Source of the DNA: an uncultured virus (IMG/VR IMGVR_UViG_3300046030_000041)
Lineage: Duplodnaviria; Heunggongvirae; Uroviricota; Caudoviricetes
Virus record (IMG/VR): IMGVR_UViG_3300046030_000041
Direction: 5' to 3' (one strand)
DNA: 64,000 nucleotides
Made by a program: the position numbers and the translations under genes. A model generated the notes under the pieces. The model was not told the DNA's origin and ran no database searches. It saw only the letters and a program-made list of their open reading frames with translations. Shown here in pieces: positions 39,587-48,881 of this stretch (position 1 is its first letter; the number at the start of each line of letters is the position of its first letter).

Positions 39587-40637
39587 CTATATTCACCCAC
39601 GATTTAATGTAATTATCATTTACTAACTTATGGCATAATCCTTTTTTTGCCTCATTATTAATAAGGCCAGCAATATTGGCAAGTTTAGAGGCACTCAAGG
39701 TTGTACTTGTAATCTTATCTTGTACGATACGCAAACGTTCTTTTCCGTTAGGGCACGAACTATGGTATGTAGGCTCTATTCCATCATAAGCTTCTTTTTC
39801 TAAGCGTTTAAATTGGGCCTCTCCATCTGAAAATGTTTCTCTAGCGATGCGTGCTATTGATTCACTACTGTAAAATTCAGCCCTTTGTCTTTCCAAATGA
39901 TTCTTACATTTTTGTGGAAGTTCATTCAAGTTTGCAAGAGAAAAAACCTTATTTTTGTTCTCAGAATAAACTTCCAATAAAGCTTTAATGTATGGGGCCT
40001 CTGATTTCTGTTGGATATCTTTTGGCTTTTTCAAACCAGGAGGGAGTTTGATATGCTCATTTCCAATATTAATGACATTATCGTCTGGAGAGTATTCGGA
40101 TAATTCTAACGGGACAGGGCGTTTATTGTTTCTAAGTGCTGCTTCTTTTGATACGTTGATGTCTTTTAAGTCAAGTTCATCTTTTTTAGCGGAAGCTGCA
40201 TGAAGGAACTTAATGAAAATATCAGCTAAAGTATCTGAAAGGTCGACGTTTTTGGGGCAATATAGCCCCTTATCTGTTAATACGTTTATTATTTCGGTAG
40301 AGGTGTCATAAGAAAGCTTTGATACTAAATCTACAAATTTAGATTTATCGCTATTAGATAAGATAAAATCTGCAATATCTTTTGGAAACTTACGCTGCCC
40401 ATTGAATATTTTTGTAATAGTACTTTTATTTGTGAAATCAGAAAATTGTTCAAAACGGGGATCATCCTCTGCAGATGAATATACCGATACGATTTTGCCA
40501 TGTGCACGGACTTTTTTTACCACTCTGCCGCAGTTATTTGACCATCCTTCCGGAAGTATTTGCCACCCTGCTCAATAACTCTCATACTGAAGATAGCACA
40601 CGGTTCTCGTGTGACTTTAGTATAAGGGGGTCCTCAT

Positions 40638-42194
40638 ATGACGGATTACCGAAAGATTCTTATGCTGCGAAGCAAGGGGTACACTCAACGCGGGATAGCT
40701 TTAACCAAAGTTGCTTCTCGCCCAACCATCAGTGCAGTCTACAAGGCTGCAGACCAACAAGGCATTAGCTGGCCGCTGGATTCCAGCATCACTAATGCTG
40801 AATTGGAAACAATATTATTCCCAAGAAAGAGCATGACCAAAGTTTTTTATGTTGAACCAGACTATCCCTACATCCATCGAGAACTAGCAAAATCTGGTGT
40901 AACGATGACGCTTCTATGGGAAGAATATTGCAGACAGTGCTACGAGACTGGCAAAACGCCTTATATGAGTACACAATTTGCAGAGAAATACCGAAAATGG
41001 GCTCGGGTAACCAAAGCTACCATGCGTATTCAGCATAAACCTGGCGATGCCATGCAGGTCGACTGGGCTGGGGATACTCTTCCCGTATATGACCCGGTAA
41101 CCGGCAGTACAAGCCCAGCGTATCTCTTTATTGCCACCTTGCCGTGCAGTTATTATACCTATGCAGAAGCCTGCGACGATATGAAAACTGAGAACTGGCT
41201 GAACTGCCATATCCACGCCTTCAAGTTTTATGGTGGTGTTCCTCGGCTTCTAATTCCTGACAATTGCAAAACTGCAACCACGTCTAATACTAAGTATGAA
41301 ACAATCCTAAACCACAGTTACCAGGAATTGGCTGAACATTATGGTACGGCAATTGTACCAGCCCGTGTGCGCAGGCCTAAGGATAAAAGCTCCGCAGAAG
41401 CTTCTGTGCGTTTTGCTGAAACCTGGATTCTTGCTGCCTTACGTTCAAGGAAATTCTTTTCCCTTCATGAAATGAATGAGGCTATTGCGGAAAAACTTAA
41501 AGAAATGAACGACCGCCCCTTTAAGCAGATGGCAGGCTCCCGCTACAGTGCCTATATGGAAGAAGAAAAGCAATATATGCTTCCTCTGCCACCTACAGAT
41601 TTTGAGGCTGCTGTTTGGTCGGTAGCCAAAGTTCCCAATGATTATCTTATTTCAGATGGCAAGAACAAATATTCAGTCCCTTACAACTTGATTGGCGAAA
41701 AGGTAGACATTCGGGTGACAAAGACTACTGTAGAAGTATTCTTCCACGGCAGCCGTGTTGCCAGCCACCGTCGTTTGCGGACCGTCCAGAGAGATCCGCT
41801 GGTAAACCTAGAGCACATGCCCCTTGCACACCAAAGGTACCTGACCTACAATACGGATGATTTCACTCGTTGGGCAACGACTGTTGGTCCCATGACAGAA
41901 AAGACTGTGCAGTATTTCCTTACCAGCGGAAAGGCCCCAGAACAGGGCTACAAAGCCTGCTCCAGCCTTAGGAAATTGGAAGAACGTTACGGGAAAGTAC
42001 GGCTTGAAAACGCTTGTGGACGTATTTTCGCCTACAAGGCCACTCCGTCCGTCCGTAACGTCAGCAGCATTTTAAAAAATGACCAAGATAAACCTGTTAA
42101 AAACGCTCCGCAGAAAAAGCCAGCCGCAGCAAACAACTACGGAATTACACGCGGTGCCTCGTATTTCAGTAAGGATAGAGGTGGCCGCCAATGA
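40638..42194 (+). CDS. istA: IS21 transposase
   Basis: QVDWAG, IPDNCK, PKDKSSAE, YSVPY. Confidence 0.95.
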   Translation: MTDYRKILMLRSKGYTQRGIALTKVASRPTISAVYKAADQQGISWPLDSSITNAELETILFPRKSMTKVFYVEPDYPYIHRELAKSGVTMTLLWEEYCRQCYETGKTPYMSTQFAEKYRKWARVTKATMRIQHKPGDAMQVDWAGDTLPVYDPVTGSTSPAYLFIATLPCSYYTYAEACDDMKTENWLNCHIHAFKFYGGVPRLLIPDNCKTATTSNTKYETILNHSYQELAEHYGTAIVPARVRRPKDKSSAEASVRFAETWILAALRSRKFFSLHEMNEAIAEKLKEMNDRPFKQMAGSRYSAYMEEEKQYMLPLPPTDFEAAVWSVAKVPNDYLISDGKNKYSVPYNLIGEKVDIRVTKTTVEVFFHGSRVASHRRLRTVQRDPLVNLEHMPLAHQRYLTYNTDDFTRWATTVGPMTEKTVQYFLTSGKAPEQGYKACSSLRKLEERYGKVRLENACGRIFAYKATPSVRNVSSILKNDQDKPVKNAPQKKPAAANNYGITRGASYFSKDRGGRQ

Positions 42195-42955
42195 TAGACC
42201 AGGAAACCGTAGAGATGCTTAGGAAGATGAGAATGACCGCTATGGCGGATGAATTATCCCACCAATTACAAGACTCAACCTTTAATGAGCTTGGCTTTGA
42301 GGAACGATTAGGACTGATGGTGACTGCCGAATGGAACCGACGCCAAACGAATACAGTACAGCGACTCATTAAGAATGCAAATTTTTCTGCCCCAGCTGCC
42401 GCAGTAGAAGAAATTGAGTACTACGAAGATAGAAAGTTGGATAAAGCACAGATTTTACGCCTATCCAGCTGCAAATTTGTAGACGAGGGACACCATATTA
42501 TTCTGGAAGGAGCTTCTGGCAATGGTAAAACCTACATTGCCTGTGCTCTTGGTAACGCTGCCTGCCGACGATTCAAGAAAGTACGATATATTCGTATGCC
42601 AGAATTGCTGGATGAGTTGAATATTGCCCGAAGCGGCGGTGAATTAAAGAAATGCCTGTCCAATTACAAAAAGGTTGATTTGCTCATTTTGGATGAATGG
42701 CTTATACGCCCCCTAACACCGCAGGAAAGTTATGATCTATTAGAAATTGTAGAAACTCGTTGCCAACGTTCTATGATTTTCTGCACCCAGTACAGCACAG
42801 ATGGCTGGTATACCAGGATTGATTCGAACCCCGAATCTGCAAGCCCTGTGTCTGATGCTATTATGGACCGCATTATCCATAACTCATACGTAATTATGGT
42901 TGAAGGCCGTATCTCAATGAGAGAACGGTATGGCCTGAAAGCAACTCAAAGCTAA
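42191..42955 (+). CDS. istB: IS21 helper ATPase
   Basis: GASGNGKT, LLILDEW, DAIMDRIIH. Confidence 0.95.
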   Translation: MIDQETVEMLRKMRMTAMADELSHQLQDSTFNELGFEERLGLMVTAEWNRRQTNTVQRLIKNANFSAPAAAVEEIEYYEDRKLDKAQILRLSSCKFVDEGHHIILEGASGNGKTYIACALGNAACRRFKKVRYIRMPELLDELNIARSGGELKKCLSNYKKVDLLILDEWLIRPLTPQESYDLLEIVETRCQRSMIFCTQYSTDGWYTRIDSNPESASPVSDAIMDRIIHNSYVIMVEGRISMRERYGLKATQS

Positions 42956-43607
42956 AGCTTATCTATACTTTAAAGAAAACTAAATAACCAGCTCTGCCGG
43001 CTCAACCATCCGGCAGAGCTTTTGGCTGAATCTCTTAATGGCCTACTAGTGCGGTGGGGTGGTAAAAGAATTCCGAGAAGGTGGTAAAAAAAGTCCGTGC
43101 AGACGGTAAACTTACACCGATTTATGCAGCAGAATCTTCTATAAAAAGATTAAGAAGATTAGACATAAATTCTGGTTGATTATTCTTGGGAATTGGCAGA
43201 GTCTTTTTTAATAGGTTTAGAAGTTCACTAAATTTCATGATGACCTCCAAAATATCAAGAGTACAAAATTTGTACTCTTTTGCCACCTTTTGCCACCTAG
43301 TGACAAAGGTGGCTTTGTTATTATATGGGCAGATGAAAGCTCTTTATCTACCTCTAATTATAGCAAGTGATGAGGCAGAAAGAGAGAGGGGGGAAAAGTC
43401 CTAAAGGGTATCATCTTTACTTTTAAAACAATATAGTGCTCTGAACGCGCGAGAAGAGCAGGAAATATATACCCAATATTCTTCTGAAAGAAGATTGGAT
43501 AGATATTCCCTATCTTTGGCGTGTGTTTAAGGACCGGGATATCCATCCAAGGGTATCTCGGTTTTTGTTTCCTGCTTTCTTCGTTGAGCAGAAGGGAACC
43601 AGGAAAC

Positions 43608-44156
43608 ATGGAAACAAGAAAAATTAATGCTATGAACACAATGACTCTTACTTATGAATTTGCCAATGATGAAAGGGTTACTCTCCGGGCAGGGGAGAAG
43701 GGCGTCACGGAGATGGATATCAAGACAGTGAAGCTCCTTGTTAACAACGAAGTAAATAATAATCTGAAAAATGCTGGGCCGGCACTGACTGAAAAGGAAA
43801 AGAAGGAAATTGATGCTTACAAGAAGAACCACCCGGGCGAAGTGTTAGGTCGTAAGTGGAACGCTTCTATTGATAGTTTCACAGATGAAGAAGGGGTCTC
43901 CTTTGCAGATGCTGTGGCCATGAGCAATCCTTTCCAGCCGGCAGATGCTGCTCTTGAGGATAAGAAGCTCGTCATTGAAGAGGCTATGAACCACCTTACG
44001 AAGGAGCAGCGGCAGATTATTCTGTGGAAGTTCTTCGAAGAGAAGCCACAGAAGGAAATTGCTGATGAACTCGGTATTTCCAGCAGCGCCGTTTCGCAGC
44101 GGATCAGGACCATTTTGAAGGAAATGAAGCATTTTATTGAAAATTTTTCCTTTTAA
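43608..44156 (+). CDS. Sigma-70 region 4-type activator/sigma-like factor, element 2
   Basis: LTKEQRQII..F....QKEIADELGISSSAVSQR. Confidence 0.78.
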   Translation: METRKINAMNTMTLTYEFANDERVTLRAGEKGVTEMDIKTVKLLVNNEVNNNLKNAGPALTEKEKKEIDAYKKNHPGEVLGRKWNASIDSFTDEEGVSFADAVAMSNPFQPADAALEDKKLVIEEAMNHLTKEQRQIILWKFFEEKPQKEIADELGISSSAVSQRIRTILKEMKHFIENFSF

Positions 44157-44224
44157 CCTTAATTTTTTAAATTTCCAGTGGACTAGTCATCAGAGGGGAA
44201 AACCTCTGGAAGGGAGTGAAAGAT

Positions 44225-44437
44225 ATGTCGATTACACACAAGATTCAAGTGAATGTAACTGACGCGACCGGAAGCAAACAGCCTGTGCTTTCCGGCGGAC
44301 TTCTCAGAATGCCGAAACTGCTGGCCAAGCTCCTCTTTGGGCCAGCAGTGCAGGTTGTTCTGCTGAGTCCCGGTAAAAGTGTCAGCTCCATTGTCATTAA
44401 GGAGGTATCCAAGAATGAACCAACAGGAAATGGTTAA
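44225..44437 (+). CDS. Small hypothetical phage protein
   Basis: RBS present; coupled to the next gene. Confidence 0.6.
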   Translation: MSITHKIQVNVTDATGSKQPVLSGGLLRMPKLLAKLLFGPAVQVVLLSPGKSVSSIVIKEVSKNEPTGNG

Positions 44438-44738
44438 CACGCTCACAGATGTAAAGGCTGAACTGTATGTACTCGGAACCGCTATTGATTCCGTACTTGA
44501 AGCTATGGGCGCAGGGGAAAGCACGGAAGCCAAGGTAAAGCCTGCGCCGCCGGAAGAACCTAAGCTCACTTTGGAAGAGGTGAGAGCGGTCCTGGCCGAC
44601 AAGTCCATGGCGGGTTTTAGGGATGAAGTCAAAGCCCTGATTACCAGCTTTGGTGTGAACAGGCTGAGCGAAGTGCCGGCGGATAAGTATAAAGAGCTGG
44701 TAGAACAGGCGGAGGCACTTGGAAATGGCAGCAACTAG
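44415..44738 (+). CDS. Small conserved phage protein
   Basis: LTLEEVRAVLADKS; homolog of 19911. Confidence 0.7.
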   Translation: MNQQEMVNTLTDVKAELYVLGTAIDSVLEAMGAGESTEAKVKPAPPEEPKLTLEEVRAVLADKSMAGFRDEVKALITSFGVNRLSEVPADKYKELVEQAEALGNGSN

Positions 44739-45858
44739 TCACGCACTTTTATCTCCTTCGGCAGCGCACCGTTGGCTGAACTGCCCGCCGTCAGCTAAGC
44801 TAGCCGCCCAGGTTCCTGGGAAAACTTCAGCCGCAGCAGAGGAGGGGACGGCAGCTCACGCACTGGCGGAGCATAAGCTGAAACGGCTGCTTCGTCGCCG
44901 GAGCAATAGGCCCGTTTCTTCATACGATATGGACACCATGGAGGAATGCACCGATGACTATGTGTCCTTCGTACAGGAGAAACTGGAAGAAGCGAAGGCA
45001 GAAAGCAAGGACCCCAGAATCTTTGTTGAACAGCACCTGAACCTTTCACCGGCGGTGCCTGATGGGTTCGGAACAGCAGACTGTCTTATCGTTTCAGATA
45101 AGCACCTCTGGGTCATTGATTTCAAGTACGGCACTGGCGTTTTGGTCGAAGCGGATAATAACCCACAGCTCATGATTTACGCCCTGGGTGCTATGTCTGC
45201 TTTGGGGCAGCTTTATCCGTTTGATACCGTTTCGCTCTGTATCTTCCAGCCCCGTCGTGAGAATGTATCTTGCTGGGATATCTCCCGCAAAGACCTGGAA
45301 GAATGGGGCAACAAGGTATTGAAGCCCAAAGCGGCACTGGCCTTTTCCGGCGGCGGTAGCTTTACCCCAGGTAGCTGGTGTGAGTTCTGCCCCATTGCTC
45401 CTAAGTGTAGGGCAAGGGCTATCAAACAGCTGCAGATTGCGAAGTACGACTTCAAGCTCCCGCCTGTGCTGACGGATGAAGAAATAGCAAAGCTTTTAGC
45501 TGAGCTTCCTGACTTCGTTTCATGGGCGAATCAAGTCTTGTCTTATGCAACAGAGGCTGCAATTCACCACGGCAAACATTGGCCCGGGTTCAAGGTGGTG
45601 GCCGGCAGGGCCATTCGTAAGTATAAAGACCAGGATGCAGTTATCAAGGCAGCAACGGCCGCCGGCTACACCGATATCTTTGATAAAAAGCTGATCCCGC
45701 TCACAGCCATGGAAAAGCTTATGGGCAAAGAAAATTTCAAAACCATTTTAGGAACATTGATTGTTAAACCAGCGGGAAAACCTACATTGGTGCCTGAATC
45801 AGATAAGCGCCCGCCAATTAACACAGATGATGTCAAAAAAGAATTTACGGAGGAATAA
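44725..45858 (+). CDS. DUF2800 (Cas4-like exonuclease)
   Basis: HALLSPS..RWLNCPPS, FGTADC..DFKYG. Confidence 0.88.
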   Translation: MAATSHALLSPSAAHRWLNCPPSAKLAAQVPGKTSAAAEEGTAAHALAEHKLKRLLRRRSNRPVSSYDMDTMEECTDDYVSFVQEKLEEAKAESKDPRIFVEQHLNLSPAVPDGFGTADCLIVSDKHLWVIDFKYGTGVLVEADNNPQLMIYALGAMSALGQLYPFDTVSLCIFQPRRENVSCWDISRKDLEEWGNKVLKPKAALAFSGGGSFTPGSWCEFCPIAPKCRARAIKQLQIAKYDFKLPPVLTDEEIAKLLAELPDFVSWANQVLSYATEAAIHHGKHWPGFKVVAGRAIRKYKDQDAVIKAATAAGYTDIFDKKLIPLTAMEKLMGKENFKTILGTLIVKPAGKPTLVPESDKRPPINTDDVKKEFTEE

Positions 45859-45862
45859 AACT

Positions 45863-46402
45863 ATGAAACTCAGAACTAAAGTCATTACCGGTATTGTTAG
45901 ACTCTCTTATGTATACGTATGGGAACCGCACAGTGTGAACGGCGGCCCTGAAAAATATAGCGTTTCCATCATCATTCCAAAGGATGACCTGGCCACACTT
46001 AAGAAAATCAACGACGCTGTGGATGCGGCCATTGAAGAAGGCCTTTCTAAGTTCGGCGGAAAACGCCCGAACAAGAAGGCAATCAAACTGCCTCTTCGTG
46101 ATGGTGATACCGAAAGAGATGACCCGGCCTATGCTAACAGCTACTTCCTGAATGCTTCTACTAAGACCCCGCCGCAGATTGTGGATAAGAACGTGGAACC
46201 CATCATGAATCAGGGGGAAATCTACTCCGGTGTGTATGCCAGAGTGAGCCTTAACTTCTACGCCTTCAATTCCAGCGGTAATAAAGGCGTAGCCGTAGGC
46301 CTTGGTAACATTCAGAAGATTCGTGACGGCGAACCGCTGGGCGGCCGCACCACGGCAGCAGAAGACTTTGGTAGTGCGCCGGTAGATGATTTCCTGGACT
46401 AA
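45863..46402 (+). CDS. DUF2815 ssDNA-binding protein
   Basis: KYSVSIIIPK, YSGVYAR, GEPLGG. Confidence 0.88.
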   Translation: MKLRTKVITGIVRLSYVYVWEPHSVNGGPEKYSVSIIIPKDDLATLKKINDAVDAAIEEGLSKFGGKRPNKKAIKLPLRDGDTERDDPAYANSYFLNASTKTPPQIVDKNVEPIMNQGEIYSGVYARVSLNFYAFNSSGNKGVAVGLGNIQKIRDGEPLGGRTTAAEDFGSAPVDDFLD

Positions 46403-46416
46403 GGAGGTGGGTTTCA

Positions 46417-46548
46417 ATGGAAACACTATTAACACTTCTGATCTTTGCAGCCATTGTTTTTCTCTTTGTTTCCACTTGGTGTGAGTACAAGCTCATGAAG
46501 TTGGAGCAGAAGGAGGCGAATGAAGAGGATGAAAAGCTTATCGATTGA
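46417..46548 (+). CDS. 43-aa membrane peptide (not in the ORF track)
   Basis: AAGGAGGT RBS; METLLTLLIFAAIVFLFVSTW... Confidence 0.55.
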   Translation: METLLTLLIFAAIVFLFVSTWCEYKLMKLEQKEANEEDEKLID

Positions 46549-48478
46549 CTTGGAGACATACAGCGAAACGGATATCGGAAAGAGCGGTGTTTACCGTTAC
46601 TCCGAAGATCCCGCTTTCCAGATACTTCTCTTTGGTTGCTCAATCGATGGCGGTCCGGTTAGGGTCTATGACCTGGCAAGGGGAGCAACCTTGCCGCCGG
46701 AAATCCTCCAGGCTCTTACTGACGATTCAGTGATTAAGTGGGCCTTCAATGCCCAGTTTGAAAGGGTCTGCCTTTCCCGGTATCTCTATCCGGGGGAGGA
46801 ACGTTTCCTTTCACCTAAAGGCTGGCATTGCACCCGCGTATGGGCTGCAACGCTGGGCCTGCCTTTGTCACTGGAAGGGGCTGGGTATGTACTGGGGCTT
46901 GAAAAGCAGAAGATGAAAGAAGGAAAAGAACTCATCCGCTACTTCTGCTGCCCCTGCAAACCTACCCAGACTAATCAGGGAAGAACCAGGAACCGTCCAG
47001 AAGACGCCCCAGAAAAGTGGGAAGTATTCAAGGCATACAACAAGCGGGATGTAGAAACCGAGATGGCCATCCAGGAGAGGCTTCACAAGTACCCCGTCCC
47101 TGAAAGTGAATGGGAAAACTATGTGGTGGACCAAGTGATTAACGATACCGGGATTGCCATTGACCTTGTTCTGGCCGACGAGGCTATCAAGCTGGATACA
47201 GAAATTAAGGAGAGTACCCTGGGAAAAATGAAAGAAATGACGCAGTGTGAGAACCCGAACTCCGTCATGCAGCTTAAAGCCTGGCTGGAAGAAAAGGGCA
47301 TCCAGGTGGAGAGTCTTGGAAAGAACGTCATTGAAGATTTGAAGGCTCATGCGCCGCCGGAAGTGAAGGAAGTCCTCTCTTTGCGGCAGCTGACAGCCAA
47401 GTCCTCGGTGAAGAAGTATGACGCTATGAAAAATGTGGTGTGTAAAGACGGCAGAGCCCGCGGTCTTATCCAGTTCTATGGGGCAGTCCGCACAGGCCGT
47501 TATGCTGGCCGGTTGATACAGGTGCAAAACCTCCCGCAGAACCACATGAAGGATTTACCTGAGGCAAGGGCACTTGTCAGGAGTGGTGATTGGGATACCC
47601 TTCACCTTCTTTACGATAACTCGCCTGGCGTCCTTTCTGAACTTATACGCACAGCCTTTGTCCCTAAAGAGGGAAGCAGGTTTATCGTTGCTGACTTTTC
47701 TGCTATTGAAGCCCGGGTGATAGCTTGGTTATCCGGAGAAAGCTGGCGGATGAAAGTCTTTGCTGAAGGCGGAGATATCTACTGTGCTTCAGCTAGTGCC
47801 ATGTTTCATGTACCCGTCAAGAAGAACGGCATCAACGGGCATTTAAGGCAGAAGGGAAAGATCGCGGAATTGGCCCTTGGCTATGGAGGCTCTGTGGGAG
47901 CCCTGAAGGCCATGGGCGCCACTAAGATGGGAATCCCAGAGGACGAGCTCCAGGACATTGTGGACGCCTGGCGAAAAGCCAGTCCACATATTACGGACTT
48001 CTGGTGGTCAGTGGATAGAGCGGCCAAGGCGGCTATCCGGACCAGGAGCTTTGCCAGAACTCACGGCATTACCTTTGGGTACCGAGGTGGCATGCTTTTT
48101 ATCAAGCTCTTAAGCGGACGGAAGCTGGCGTATGTGAAACCAATGCTCCAGGAAAACCAATATGGCAGCGAGGCTATTACGTATGAAGGCTTAAACGGCA
48201 CCAAGAAATGGGACCGCCTGGAAAGCTACGGGCCAAAACTTGTGGAAAACATTGTTCAGGCAACGGCCCGGGATATCTTGGCCGGCGTGATGAAGCGGCT
48301 GACAGAAAAAGGATTTCGCATCTGTATGCATATCCACGATGAAGTGGTGGTGGAGGTGCCAGAAGGAAAATCCTCAGTAAAAGAAATTTGTGACCTTATG
48401 GGAATCACGCCTCCCTGGGCCGAAGGTTTGAAGTTAAGGGCAGACGGTTATGAATGCTCGTTCTACCAGAAAGATTAG
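46520..48478 (+). CDS. Phage family A DNA polymerase
   Basis: DLET, DFSAIEARV, RQKGKIAELALGYGG, HIHDE. Confidence 0.95.
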   Translation: MKRMKSLSIDLETYSETDIGKSGVYRYSEDPAFQILLFGCSIDGGPVRVYDLARGATLPPEILQALTDDSVIKWAFNAQFERVCLSRYLYPGEERFLSPKGWHCTRVWAATLGLPLSLEGAGYVLGLEKQKMKEGKELIRYFCCPCKPTQTNQGRTRNRPEDAPEKWEVFKAYNKRDVETEMAIQERLHKYPVPESEWENYVVDQVINDTGIAIDLVLADEAIKLDTEIKESTLGKMKEMTQCENPNSVMQLKAWLEEKGIQVESLGKNVIEDLKAHAPPEVKEVLSLRQLTAKSSVKKYDAMKNVVCKDGRARGLIQFYGAVRTGRYAGRLIQVQNLPQNHMKDLPEARALVRSGDWDTLHLLYDNSPGVLSELIRTAFVPKEGSRFIVADFSAIEARVIAWLSGESWRMKVFAEGGDIYCASASAMFHVPVKKNGINGHLRQKGKIAELALGYGGSVGALKAMGATKMGIPEDELQDIVDAWRKASPHITDFWWSVDRAAKAAIRTRSFARTHGITFGYRGGMLFIKLLSGRKLAYVKPMLQENQYGSEAITYEGLNGTKKWDRLESYGPKLVENIVQATARDILAGVMKRLTEKGFRICMHIHDEVVVEVPEGKSSVKEICDLMGITPPWAEGLKLRADGYECSFYQKD

Positions 48479-48485
48479 GTGCTTT

Positions 48486-48881
48486 ATGTTTATCGACAAA
48501 AGGAATGACGAACATTACCTGGACCCGACCTGCTATGAAGCTCTGATGAAAATAGCAAAGGATCGGCGCTCCTACATGCCAATTATTTATGTCTGCTCTC
48601 CGTATTCTGGAGATATTGAAGGAAACACCAAGAGAGCTAGAAAGTACTGCAAGTATGTATTACAGGAAGGCGGGGTTCCTCTTGCCCCGCACCTCCTTTT
48701 CCCTCAGTTCACTAAGGATAGAGAGCTTGGAATCCACATGGATTTGATACTCCTCCGTCACTGCAAAGAACTTTGGGCTTTTGGCAAAACCGTTACAAGA
48801 GGAATGGAAATCGAAATCCGGCAGGCCAGAAAGTATGGCAAAACTGTGAAGTTCATCAAGGAGGAATTCTATGAAGTTTAA
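48486..48881 (+). CDS. DUF4406-like protein
   Basis: YVCSPYSG, PLAPHLLFPQF. Confidence 0.75.
   Translation: MFIDKRNDEHYLDPTCYEALMKIAKDRRSYMPIIYVCSPYSGDIEGNTKRARKYCKYVLQEGGVPLAPHLLFPQFTKDRELGIHMDLILLRHCKELWAFGKTVTRGMEIEIRQARKYGKTVKFIKEEFYEV

Larger units (their letters stand above)
40476..43128 (+). mobile_element. IS21-family element
   Basis: TG...CA ends, ~48-bp imperfect IRs containing TGCACGGACTTTTTTTACCAC, 5-bp target duplication GCAGA (40471-40475 and 43129-43133). Confidence 0.95.
39570..43238 (-). pseudogene. LmuA-like gene, copy 2, split by IS21 (pieces 43238-43129 and 40470-39570)
   Basis: Rejoined it gives a 336-aa ORF MKFSELLNLL...IEDSAEDDP...KGLCHKLVNDNYIKSWV, homologous to 21477. 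Confidence 0.88.
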
